Made by a program: the position numbers and the translations under genes | Assembly: GCA_000320545.1 (NCBI GenBank) | Contig: ADNK01001538.1 | Span: 1-35,444, forward strand | Direction of reading: 5' to 3' | DNA: 35,444 bases | From: Bigelowiella natans CCMP2755 | Lineage: Eukaryota; Protista; Cercozoa | The notes under the pieces: generated by a model | What the model was told of the DNA's origin: nothing | The model's input: the letters and a program-made list of their open reading frames with translations, nothing else | Database searches by the model: none | Part shown: one piece after another, positions 1 to 11,965 of the stretch | How the letters are laid out: each line of letters starts with the position of its first letter | Numbering within the stretch: position 1 is the first letter of the stretch

Positions 1-5
1 GATCG

Positions 6-39
<34 letters not shown>

Positions 40-118
40 TTTTATGAGTACACATATACGTATATCTTAGGGCTAAATTTTTGAATATGCATTATAGGAT
101 ATTGGTGGGGGTGAACAG

Positions 119-183
119 AGTGCCTTCGTAATCGATTCGGACAACGACGACGACCTCGGAATGGCCGCGGGGGTGTTCCTACC

Positions 184-224
<41 letters not shown>

Positions 225-1108
225 CTTGAGAGATCGATACGTACAAACTAACACACATGCTAGGCTGCGCTTTGTGCGAGCATTGTGAGAGTGCGGGTTT
301 TGTACCAAAAAAAAGTGCGGCGCAAATGAGAGATTTGAGTGCGAAATCTTTTCCCTTCATGGCCGTTGTCGTAGTCGTCGTCGTTGTCGTTGTTGCTGCA
401 CTTGTCTCCATGTTCTGCATAAATGCTTGGGTTGAGAACATTATGCTAATGCAGGAAATCGTTGATTCCGACGAGAACCTTGTTATGGACAACCTCATGA
501 GGGTGATTGATTGGCGAGCGTTTATATTGAAGATGATGATGATGATGATGATGATGTCATGCTGCTTTTCTGTTTCCCAATATCTGCTATGCAACCTTAA
601 CGAAAAGTATTTCATGGTCTCTACTCCTGATCTCTCTTCTTCCCCCCCCCCCCCCCCCCTTTCTCCTCTCGCGACGGTCTGTCACCTAGGAAGTGCATGG
701 GTATAGCTACTCTAAGAAAAGATCACCATGTTGCCATGATCACCGCTTGTCACGAGAGGCCTGTGCCCTCCCCCTCCTCCGCGCTTCTCTCACACAGACT
801 AATTGAAGAAAAAGAGGGGAGTTTGGGGGGGGGGGGGGGGGGGGGGGGGAGATAAACTCGAACTAGCACTAAGTAATACTTCATATCCGCAGTGACGACG
901 CCAATGAAGCAGTGGCCGTTGAGCTTCCGGTAGATGTGCGACAAATTTGATGTTGTTGTTGTTGTTTGTCATCACTGCTCCCTTAAGTACCGAACAGCTA
1001 GCTAGCAGGTGCTCATCATAACTTCGTTGTCGCCATCCCCATCCAATCTTTAGGGAGGAGATCACAACACGAGAAGGAGGAGCGGCAGCCGACCAGAATT
1101 GCTCTGAG
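119..1108 (+). CDS. Possible 3' exons of an unidentified + strand gene entering from the left
   Basis: Short non-repetitive segments bounded by AG/GT between microsatellite tracts (SAFVIDSDNDDDLGMAAG; EIVDSDENLVMDNLMR; DDANEAVAVELP). No family recognised and the exon chain is not uniquely resolvable. Confidence 0.25.
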
Positions 1109-1214
1109 TCAATCTCGATGATGATGTTGCTGAATTGGGAGCTGTCGCGGCTTGAAAGAATTGTAAAGGCGAATATTGTGTTTTTTAACATTAAATATTA
1201 GTCAGTATATTGGA

Positions 1215-1253
<39 letters not shown>

Positions 1254-1869
1254 TGGAAGGCGATAGGCATTGCGAAATTGCAAAGAAAACCATAATTAAT
1301 AACATCGCGACATATGTCACTTGGGCTTGCTTACCTTTCATTGAACGGTGTTTGATTTAACCTTTCACATTGTGGTCTAGATACGGTTGCATACTGACGC
1401 TGCAATGTTGCACTTTGATGAATATGCCTTTCTTCTGCTGCAATACGTTTTGCGCTGCGCTGAGCACGCCTAGCTTGCTAGGTTGACCATGCGATGATGT
1501 GCTAGTGTGAAATGCACAAGTACAAGTTATACAAGCCAACGTGGCCCATTCGGACAGACGTAAACTTATTAGTCTAGCAATCACACACCACCACAAACTA
1601 ATATAATAGGTATGCAGTGCTAGAGTGCCTCCGCACATATGTGTGCGTGCTGCACGCCAGACCATGCAAATTGAGTCACGTGCTTTCGCTACGCGCACGC
1701 ATTGTAGTAGTCAGGATCTCATCTGTGCTGCTTGCTACCATCATTGCTTGTGCGCTAGCTGCCAATGGACACAATCTAGCAATGTGCACTCTGCAAAATA
1801 GCAATAATGGGATCTCTTAGTGAATATATTTACACAATATCATGAGGTCCTTTAAAAAGCTACTCTAAT

Positions 1870-2057
1870 TCACAAATCAGTTTTGAGGAGCTCTTCAAAC
1901 ACAAGCATTTCCTCAGAGACGATTGGCTTCCCGATCTTTCCAATGGCATCGACTGGAAAAGGGACCTTTACCCCTGTCTTCAGATATCCTCTCCGGGAAT
2001 ACCATCCTAACATTTGCGTTGTGAAACACATTACATCGGCAAAAAAACATGTACGCC

Positions 2058-2123
<66 letters not shown>

Positions 2124-2306
2124 TACACACACTTGTGATGTTGGTCGCTTTCTTCGTATGACTACTCTTCTTCTAATAATCGCAACCATAGAGATCTTTG
2201 CGCTGTTCGAGAAGAAACATCTTCGCCTCGCTTAAGTTCCACTTCTCACGAGCATGCGATTCTGCAGCATCGAGAAGCTTTGCGCCGATCCCTGCATACA
2301 GCACAT

Positions 2307-2367
<61 letters not shown>

Positions 2368-3369
2368 CGTATAGGTATGTGCGTTTGTGTGCGTGTGCGT
2401 ATGCTATGCAAGAACCTATCGCACCACAGAGCATATATGAAACATTTTGGCAAATATACCCCGGCTTTGGTAAGAAGGGTCAACAGAGAAGAGGCCAAAC
2501 TCTGCACAGCCATCATCACGAAGAAGGGCGTGGATAGATCCGACGACACGAGTAGGAGATTCCCCCAATGCATTCTTGTTTTCTTCTGTCTCTCCCCCCG
2601 CCCCCTTCCCCTCCACTGCCGCAAAGACAACGGAAGACTGATCCTGCTGCTGGGCAAGAAGCTCGTGCAAGTCCTGTAGTGTTTTTGGTTTAAGTTTGCT
2701 TCAATCTTATTACTAGTGCATGGGCGCGACAGCTACGACGCAGGGCTGTACTATTTTTCAACGCTACATTGCTCTCGTCTTGATTTCATTGTCATCAGCA
2801 GCAACCTCTGATTGGATGCGAACACCGGAGAGAAGATGTGCCTCCCCTGTCCAGGCTTCCACCCCGTCCTTCCCCCTGTAGGCCCAGTTGATTACCTAGA
2901 TTGAATCCAGGTTTTTGAGTCGTGTGAGGGGGCGAGAGCTACGGAAGTTCCCACCTTCAAGAGATCATCAGCAAGCGCCAACGAGGCAGGCGTGATTTGA
3001 ATGGCCCCCATATCCGCGCCTCTCTCGGATGCGATCGCGGCAGCACTAGTCCTGGTCTTGCAAGAGCCTGTTGTCCCTGTGGACGATACGTATCGCTGAG
3101 GGGACAACAAGCTTCGAAATGACTTCGCCATCCTTCTTATTCCGTGCGAGCACGGGTACTTCGGCGCAAGCTGTCCTCTCCCAACCCGACTCATCGTTCT
3201 ACAGAAAGAGCGACGTTGAAGACGATCCCCATTAAAATTGGGTCGATAGTTGAAATTGCACCTCAAACGTTAGTATATATCCTTACCTCATCGACAAAGG
3301 TCTTCGAAAGGCTGCTAGCATGAGTGTGCTGCTGGCCGCCATCATCCCAACGACCAGCACGGCTCGCAT
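1870..3369 (-). CDS. GNAT family N-acetyltransferase with a putative bipartite (signal + transit peptide) leader; 6 exons
   Basis: Phase-consistent GT-AG exons 3369-3287, 3198-2955, 2895-2806, 2673-2460, 2291-2187, 2006-1870. They give ...VINWAYRGKDGVEAWTGEAHLLSGVRI...VVGSIH...AEFGLFSVDPSYQSRGIGAKLLDAAE...LYGWYSRRGY...KTDL*, with acetyl-CoA motif A (QSRGIG) and WYxRRGY. The core (3011-1870) is firm; the leader exon and start (3369, 3465 or 3011) are less certain. Confidence 0.88.
2310..2367. repeat. Perfect 58-bp palindromic compound microsatellite (CA)n(TA)n(TG)n in a GNAT intron
   Basis: Read directly: an (AT)12 centre at 2327-2350 flanked by complementary CA and TG arms. Confidence 0.9.
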
Positions 3370-3549
3370 CAAGCGCTGGTGGGGGGGGCTCGCGTCTTTG
3401 TTTTCTCTGCCAGTGGTGCCTAACAAGATTTCGAAGATTTTGGGATATTCTTGGGATATATCCATCCCGTTATTAGAACAGTACGAGATAAATCAATCAG
3501 CAGTTATTTTTTCTTTTTCAGCCAGATCAGCAATTTCTTAGATGTTTCA

Positions 3550-3610
3550 CCAATCAGGGAAACACACGACGAAAATGCATTTTCTGTGTGTTGTCTGTCG
3601 CCAATCAGGG
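3550..3610 (+). promoter_or_regulatory. Two identical CCAATCAGGG (CCAAT-box-like) motifs in the divergent GNAT / FMN reductase promoter
   Basis: Exact 10-mer at 3550-3559 and 3601-3610 within the ~250-bp gap between head-to-head starts. Confidence 0.45.
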
Positions 3611-3618
3611 TGGAGACG

Positions 3619-4428
3619 ATGAGCGGCGAAAGCAAAGCCCCCTCCATGACCATGAAGGAGTTCGTCAAAGGCCTCCAGAAACCCAAGATCCTGGCACTCT
3701 GCGGGTCCCAGCGAACGGGCTCCTTCAACAAAATGCTACTTGCATATGCAGTCGAATGCATCAAAAGCAGTGGAGAGGTAGCTGCTTCCTCCGATGTGTG
3801 TGTATTTTCGGATGTTTAGCCTCATGCTTCGTTTCTCGTGATGATGACTGGCTTCTGCACACCTACCACTGTTTATTTTGCTCAGGCAGAATGCGAGGTG
3901 ATCGATCTGGCCGAGCTCAAGTTGCCGCTTTACAACCCGGACGATGAGGCAGCGTCATTCCCGGAAGCCGCAAAGTCCCTCAAGGCGAAACTCGTCGCGT
4001 GCCATGGCATCATCATCACGTGTCCGGAATACAATGGCCTTCTTAGTCCTCTCCTTCTAAACTCAATTACCTGGGCCACAAGGGGTGAGGGTGGAATGTA
4101 TGATGGCTTCAAAGGTAAGTGCGCGACGGTGATGGCGACATCCCCGGGGAAAATGGGGGGACTTCGTATGCTTCGCAGCTTACAGGAGATGCTCATGGAT
4201 ATGGGCGCCGTAATCATCCCCGCCCATAGCGCATTTGGTGGAGCATTCCAGCTGTTCAATGAGGAAGGGAAGCTGATCGATAAGAGAGCTCAGGGAAAGG
4301 TAAAGACCGCATGCGCGCAACTTGTCCACCACGCACGGTTCGAAGCAAATCGGGAGCACGACTGTATGATAGTGAAAGCTATAAAACAACATAAAATGAT
4401 GGGTGAATATGGCGAAGTTGGCATTTGA
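3619..4428 (+). CDS. NADPH-dependent FMN reductase (flavodoxin-like; ChrR/Lot6-type), 233 aa, 2 exons
   Basis: Exons 3619-3777 and 3886-4428, phase-0 GT-AG intron. Motifs KILALCGSQRTGSFN (GSxRxGSxN), IDLAELKLPLYNPD, TCPEYNG, FKGK, SPGKMGGLR. Confidence 0.93.
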
Positions 4429-5294
4429 AAGATACTCTGACAGCATCACCAAACAGATCGCCTTCTACGCTGGCAAGTTTGTCTAGTTGTGTGGCTAGAT
4501 ATAGCATGCGATGTCAATTGCTACGGAATTCAGACATGCATGTATATCCTCATCAAAAGTCACGGCTATAATAGACATAGTAATAGCATATAACGCGATT
4601 TGACTAGAATTCTCGCTCTGCACCCAGACAATGAACCCTTGATGCAACCTGTAATCTCTGAAATGCTTTCCAAATTCGGAAGTTTCAGTCGCGTGGAACG
4701 ACCTTATGATCTCGAACGAGTTGTTCACAATCATAGCAAGATTCACGCGCAATCTCAAACGCGTGTTTTTGCCAATGCCTTTAACGTGGCTCGTCTGCTT
4801 GCAGTGCTTGTCGTGCAACGCTACTCATGCAAAAAAGGCATTTCATGCGCAGCGCTAGCCCTACGATACTCTAGCGTACTGCACTTTTCATCGCAATGAT
4901 CACGGATGCGATGCAGCGATGCAGAAGCCTCCTGGTCACACGATTGGATGCCACATGCACAAATAGCACCATATGCACCCTCTCTCTCTATCCCGCATCA
5001 AATCCAGAAAATGTAGAGTATGCACCATCTGTAGTAATTGTGACTTATTTACATGTGCTTTGTTACTACTCAATTGCCAATTCTAATATAGAATTGTACA
5101 GCATCACATGTGATCGATGATTCTGGATGGACCGAGCACATCTCGAACATGCGTTTTTGGCTTCTGAAACCTTCCATGTTTATTGCAACGCGAACTCTGC
5201 ACCAAAAAAAGTTCCTTTGATGTTTCTCACCAATACGACTGCAAGCTCGCTTGCTGCTGACACTCGTTTGCAATGTACCACTGCCGCTCCCTAG

Positions 5295-6234
5295 TCAAGC
5301 TGGCCGCACTGCCATTTCTGCAGAATTTCTTCGTCTTCGCTTACTAATTTGAATGAGATACTGCAAGCGCTTCTTGATCTCGCCAACACTCCGAACGTTG
5401 AACATTTGCAGGACCTGCAATCAAATGGGGTTGAAGTCTCTGCATACTCTTATTATACTCTTCAGCGTTCGAATTACACAAACGCACGAAAGCACGCACA
5501 CGCAACTTCACACATACCTGTCGGTCCGCAGCAGGCCAACGTTGAGGAGCACCGTACTTCCGTGCGAGGGCAAGAATGCTCTTGTCGTCCTGCCGCTTCC
5601 ATTGTGTTGACGTCGACGGTGATACATCGACGCTTTTCGTCCCATTGATCGAATCATCAGTAACGACGTTAGTGCTTTCAGTCACCTGCTGCTGCCGCTG
5701 CTGTTGTGGATTGCGGCTCGTATCGTTGGCACCTGCCGCTACTGCGTCCACTGCACTACCTATAGGAGGATGTTGTTGTGAATATTGTGTGAGCTGCTCT
5801 CCTACATGCGTCGCGTGATCCAGCATGAGGACCAGTAAGGCGCCTCATTTCCGATCCATGCGAAGAGGACTCTTTACCCTGCTGGGCATTGGTGGTGCTG
5901 TGAAGCTTTTGTGTTGGTATAGACGCTTGTGTCGACGGCGTAGGTTTTGTTTGCAAGCCCCCCCCTCCTTCTCCCCCCTTTCTTGGGGCGTTCGATTTCG
6001 GATTTTGCATCTGCCACGCCTCCCCCTTTCCCCGCATATAATGCTTGGCCCATATCTGTTCTCAATACCGCCGTCATAAACTGCGATGACGAATGGAGGT
6101 GGAGCGCAGACAAAGAAAAAGTGAAAGGAGGGAGAGAGAGATAGACGGCGTGGGGGGGGGGGGGGGAGGAAGTGACATTAGAGTTTTATCTTTGAATGGA
6201 GTATCCCTCACAGTTTTTTTTATAGCCCATTACT

Positions 6235-6269
<35 letters not shown>

Positions 6270-7629
6270 ATCACTATCACATCAAATCGCCGCTCCCCCT
6301 CTCTCGCTCCCTCCCTCCCTCTTTCTCCCCTGTCATCACCCACCAACATCACCGTACAACAGAGCACACTACCTGCTCTCCCCCCGCACCCATAGCTGTA
6401 GTAGCCGATGAAGATGACGTCGTCGGCATCGCTGCTAATGATTTTGCCACGCCGTTTTTACTGTCTTCCCCATCTTTCCGACCGCTCTTCATCCCCCTAC
6501 CCCTACTCTGCGCGAAGGGCACAAATCTACTGCCAAGAGAAGGGGTAATCGTCTGACGTCGCGGATTGCTCTTCACGGTAAATAAGTTCCTTTTCTTCTT
6601 CTCCTCCTTCTCTTCCTCCTCCTCCTTCTGCTCCCTGCGCCTGACCCACACATCACAGTCATCTCTAGCACATCAACGAACAAGCTATATGCACCAAGGA
6701 GCTTCGCTGCTATTGCATTGGAAACGGGCATTGGAAAAACCGCAGAACAGCAGATAGGGAGACACAACAGACAAGCAAGCAAGCAAACAAACGAACAAAC
6801 GCTGCAACGACGAAGTTGACGACGGCAATGGGCGTGTTCCGCATGCATGATCTCTCTCTCTTATCATTCTGGGAACCTCTTCTTCCTTGCACGTGCGTCA
6901 GGTGTGCGAGGAGGGCCAAATCCCTCTTCATCGCCCAGAAATCTGCTCAGAAGATGATGATGACGACGACGATGATGATGATGATGATGACAACGACGAC
7001 GATGATGATTTGCATTTAAGGTTGTTCTCACAATCGTCTCATCCCCGTCTATCCCCCCCTGCTCCCTCCCCCTTCCAGATCCTCATTTCTCTTCCTCCTT
7101 CCTACTAAACAACTGCCATTCCCCTCCACTCTTTTCCCTTTCCCAGTCGTTCTTTTCCCGCTTGCTGCGCCCTCACCTTTTCTGAAGCGATACTAAGTCC
7201 TTTGTCGTGACGTCCTCCTCCGTGCGGGTGATAGGCGTTCTGCTCCTCCCCATCGGAATCGACGAAGAGAAGGGGCGGAATGTAAACGGAGCCCCCCCCC
7301 CCCCCCCCCCCCCCACCACTGCTGGCGCGAAGAGAGGCGCTGCCGGTGGCTTCTCTGCTCTCTGTGTTGCGTTTCGACATGGACAACGGCGACGCTGAAG
7401 ACACGCCGGCAGCAGCAGCACGATCCGAAGCAGGAGCTGTCGTAGAAGCGAGAGCGCCTGGGCGTGTAGGAGGCGGCTGCTGGGGCAGCACTGTGGCCGT
7501 CAGCATGCCCATGCTGTCGACTGAGAAATAATACACGGTAATATTGTCGCACGTGTCACGTTTTCCCGGATGCATGGGGGTGTCAAAGGGCGACGGTGCC
7601 GCGTGTGAATGAAGCATTTGTGATGGTAG

Positions 7630-7665
<36 letters not shown>

Positions 7666-10600
7666 ATGAAGAGAGAGAGAGAGACCTATCAGCGTCGTAG
7701 CAGGGTTGTCTTTCTTTCCTTCCCCATGCCCTGCTGCTGACGATGACGACGACACGGTATCATCACCACTGTTGCGAAGAGCTTGCAGAGGGGCGCTGGT
7801 TCTTTGCCTCCGCCGCTTCATCCTCGGCACCAAACGCGGCGAGGCGGAAGGTCGCGAGCGCGAGGCGTTCCAGTCAATAATTCGCACCGGGGACTTGGGC
7901 GGGCTGCGCAGCGGCGGCGCGACCTGCAGCATCGACTGCATCAGCATTAGCGAGGACTCCTCCTCTATGCGCCCCGCCGTGCTATCACCGGGAAGCAGGG
8001 CGCTGTAATCAAGGCTGCCGCGGCTGGTGGTCGTATCTTCGGTGAAGATTATGTTGTGGGGGATCGAGCCGCTGCGGCTGCTGCTGTTGATCACGGCCGC
8101 CGTCGTCGCGCCCGCACCGCGTCTATTCGCGCCACCCGTGTCGCCAGCCCCGCGGAGGGGCGAAAGAGAGAACTGAGAAGACAGCTCAACGCCAATGATG
8201 CTGCGGTTGCTGCTTTCATTGGCAAGGATGTCCTTGCCGCTGCTGCTGCTGCTGTGTTGATGGTGAGGGGGGGGCAGCAGGTTTTGATGTATATTATTCT
8301 GAGGGTCTGCGTGCCGATCCTTTTGCAGCTGCAGCAGCTTCTGCTGTTTCCCTTCGCCATTCCCTTCCCCTCCTCCCCCTCCTCCCCCTCCTCCTCCTCC
8401 TCCTCCTCCTCCTCCTGCTGCTGCTACCGCTGCTGCTGCTGCTGCTACTGCTGCTGATGCAAGAGGTTCCTTCCGACCCGTTGGCAGGGGAGACTTGCGG
8501 TACCGACTCGGGATTAGTGGCTGCAGGAAGAAACAAATGGAAAGATGAGAGACAATCGGAGTGTATATTGTAAGCAGAAGCGAGGATGACGGGAGAATGT
8601 ACAGCTATCTCTCCGCTCTCTCGTTGATAGATGGCGGAGAGAGACGCAGCAGTGAGCGAGCTACCTTCTTCGGCTTTCCTGCTTTCTGTATGAAGATGGA
8701 GAAAAAACCCTGATCTTCACTGCCGCCACCTCCTCCGCCACTGCTCTTGTTGCCGTTCTTTCTTTTCTGCTCCTCCGCAGTTGACGACGAATCCCTCCCC
8801 CCCCCCTCCCCCCCTCCATTATTCCTGTTATCCAGAGCTCTCTTTCCCCCCCCACCCCTCCCACTGGGCCTTCTATTTTCTAAGCTATTCGCTGTATAAC
8901 CTCCCTGCTTCTTGCTCCGTGCTATCTGACGCTGCTTCCCATCCCTCTGCCCCCTCCCTATCGTCGCGACCCTCCCCGCAGCAGCAGAAGCAGCAGCGGC
9001 AGGAGGCGCGGCAATGGGAGGGGCTCTCTTCCTGCCGAGGCTACTATCCGCCGCCTCTGCCTCCACCCGTTGGCGAGCACGTTGTTTTTCTTTGTCTTCG
9101 GAAGCAGCTGCCTTGAGGGCTGAGGAGAGCACCGTACTCCTCTCATCGGCTATCACCATCAGGTCCTGGGACCCGCTGGAATCCCGCGACAACTCGCATG
9201 AGAACTCGGCGTGCCGCGGAGAGAGCGACCGGGACGAGGACGAGGAAAATGGGAGCGACGATGGCAGCAGGAGGGACGTTGAAGACGGCAATACAGCAGA
9301 CCCGCTGGAGGTAGCTGCTCTTCTCTTCTGTTTCTGACGTTTCTTCGTACCCGCCTTCTCGTCACCCATTGTCGCCGCACGACCTCCGCCCTTCTCCTTC
9401 GTCTTCTTCTCTGCAGCTGCCGCTGCCCGAAGAGCGGAGCCGAGAAGGCTGTTCTCATCTGCAGGGAACGGCATATCGTCGCTGTCCATTGTCAAGGATG
9501 TCGACGCTATGATCGAGTGGGAGTCTGTAGAATCGAGCGACACTACTCCGGTGCGATTCAGCGAAATCGAAGGCGCGTGGACTACTGCACCGCTATTGAC
9601 TCCTCCTCCCCCCACTCCCCTCCCTACACTCTGTCCTCCTCCTCCTCCTCCTCTTTCTCCTCTGCCCCCGCTCCCTCGTTTGCCTGTGCCATCATCATCG
9701 TCGATGCTGCTATCATCATTGTGGTGGTCATCGAGGCCGTCGTCGTCGCCATAGAGCATGCTCACGTCCTCCTCCTGTTCGTGGCAACCCTGCCGCCTTA
9801 TGCCTGTTTGCACAGGAGTCCTCCTCCCCCCCCCCGATAATGTTCGGGATACAGTCCCCTTGGGGATGTTCAGTGCGGAGAAATCCACCGGAGCGGCAGG
9901 TTTTGGAATGCGCGTCGACGAGGACGACGGCGGCGGCCCAACCGCCATTGCGGTTGATGCCGTTGCCACTGGCGTCCTCTTCGGCCCAACTTCTTGCGGC
10001 CGCTGTCGCGTCATCCTGTTTTGAGGGTGAGCGCGAGGAGGAGGGGGATTCGAAGGAGTGCTTGAAGTAACGGTGGAAACCCTCCTCGCCGTGTTCAAAG
10101 ATTGTGTCCCTGCCGCCAGCCTCGCGCCAGGACCTGTCCCTCCCCCATTGCCGCCTTTTGCGAGGGAGCTCGGAGAGCGGTGTAGGCGCTGGTGTTGGCG
10201 TGGAAGGGCAGGCGCTCTCCCGAGCCCCCCTCCAACCCTGGTGCCGTTGACAATGCTGCTCCCCCCTCGATGGGGTGCTCCGGGGACAGCAACCCTACCT
10301 GTTGTTGGGGGGTGCACGATGGTAGTAGTAGTAGCAGCAGCAGCAGCAGCAGGAAGAGGAGGAGGAGGAGGAGGAGGAGGCACAGCGGCCGCTTCCGAAG
10401 CGAGATGGAACGGCCTCGCCGCTGAGGGAGTCGTCGGCATTTGCCGACTAGCAGCAGGGATCGAGGTTGGGGTTGCAGCTGTTAAATCTATGGTTGAGCG
10501 TGTGCCTGCTGGTTGCGAGGTTGGCGTTGATAATGATGATGATGATGATGATGATGCCTTTTGGTTGGCTAGGGAACAGCGCTTTGCTGCTGCTGCTGCT

Positions 10601-10788
10601 GCTGCTGCTTCTGCTGCTGCAATCACTGCTTGTTTGGCCTCTTTCTCCTTCCTCTTCCTCAACCGCGCCAGCCCGATATTGGCCGCGCGGGCTGCCAGCC
10701 ACTGCCTCGTTTTGGTGGTGTCTACGGCCTTTACGCTGCTGACGCTGCCCAGTTGCCGAGGGGTGATTTGGAGCTTGCCTCTGCGTTG

Positions 10789-10832
<44 letters not shown>

Positions 10833-10988
10833 AGTTTTGATAGTATTTTTCTCTACACTATCATCGTACTGTTCGGAAGCAGAATAGGGGAGTGAAAGAG
10901 AAATAGGAGGAACCCATGAAAAAACAAAAAAGAAGCTGGATTGCTGGCGGCTCTCTCGTCAATATAGAGAGGCAGCAGAAGCAGCGTT

Positions 10989-11037
<49 letters not shown>

Positions 11038-11057
11038 AACACACAAACACACACACA

Positions 11058-11097
<40 letters not shown>

Positions 11098-11714
11098 TGT
11101 GTGTGTGTGTGTATGCGTGTTGGTGCATATAGTTTAAAACGCATAGTGATGATTTGACGTGGCTGCACGATCGCACCACATAATACGCGTACACGCAGCT
11201 TGCACCACCTCTTCTTCAGATTCTTGTACTTCTGGCGGAGATTCTGCAGCGATTTCGTGCGAAAGTAGTAGCGCTGTATCGACACAAAATCGATCGCCCT
11301 CTGTTGGTGCATGGAGACGCATCATCAATCAGCGTCGAGCTTTGACGTGCATGCGTGCAACTTCTTGCAGGATTTGTTATTCACGCGCAAACGCGTTGTG
11401 CATTGAGGATCATCACCCACCTTGTTTCGCGTTCCCCCGGCACCGTATTCTTCCAGGGCCATGGCGAAGAGCTCGATCTCCGCAGGCGTGTACAACTAGC
11501 GAAATAGAAGGAATACGATGTATAATTTTCCGAGTGTTGTCGTATCTATCTCCTCTTCACCGCCATCATTGCGGTCAGAGCAACCACCACAGCAAGGCAT
11601 GCAGAAGGGATGCGAGAGTGTACGATGTTGTATGGATATATCATTTCATTTAATTCTGGCACGCACGCGCGCGTACGTGTGTGTGTGTGAGAGAGTGAGA
11701 GAGTGAGAGAGTGA

Positions 11715-11751
<37 letters not shown>

Positions 11752-11911
11752 ATAATACCGGCCTCAGGATGACATAGTCGCTCATCAAGACCGAATACGG
11801 CACCCTAACAACGATGCAAAAGGCATGAAGGAGGTGGCTGCGGCGCTCGCGCCAAAGCACCAAAACCGACGCTCCCTTATTGCAGAATGCGCAAAAAAAA
11901 AGGCATCTATC

Positions 11912-11965
<54 letters not shown>

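Noticed and set aside
42-615. Minus-strand ORFs with CVCVCV, poly-I or poly-T runs, and many like them across the window
   Set aside because: Translations of stop-poor microsatellites.
3262-3286. Possible 25-nt mini-intron gtaaggatatatactaacgtttgag with a TACTAAC motif in the GNAT leader
   Set aside because: It is in frame, but a stronger acceptor (tctttctgtag at 3199) gives an 88-nt intron in line with the other introns; cannot be supported without RNA data.
4600-4899. 99-aa ORF between convergent genes, as a possible transposon protein
   Set aside because: TTG start, no recognisable motif, no terminal repeats or target-site duplication.
10058-10840. 260-aa + strand ORF, and similar ones such as 9014-9337 and 24910-25518
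   Set aside because: Antisense shadows of GC-rich, low-complexity real exons.
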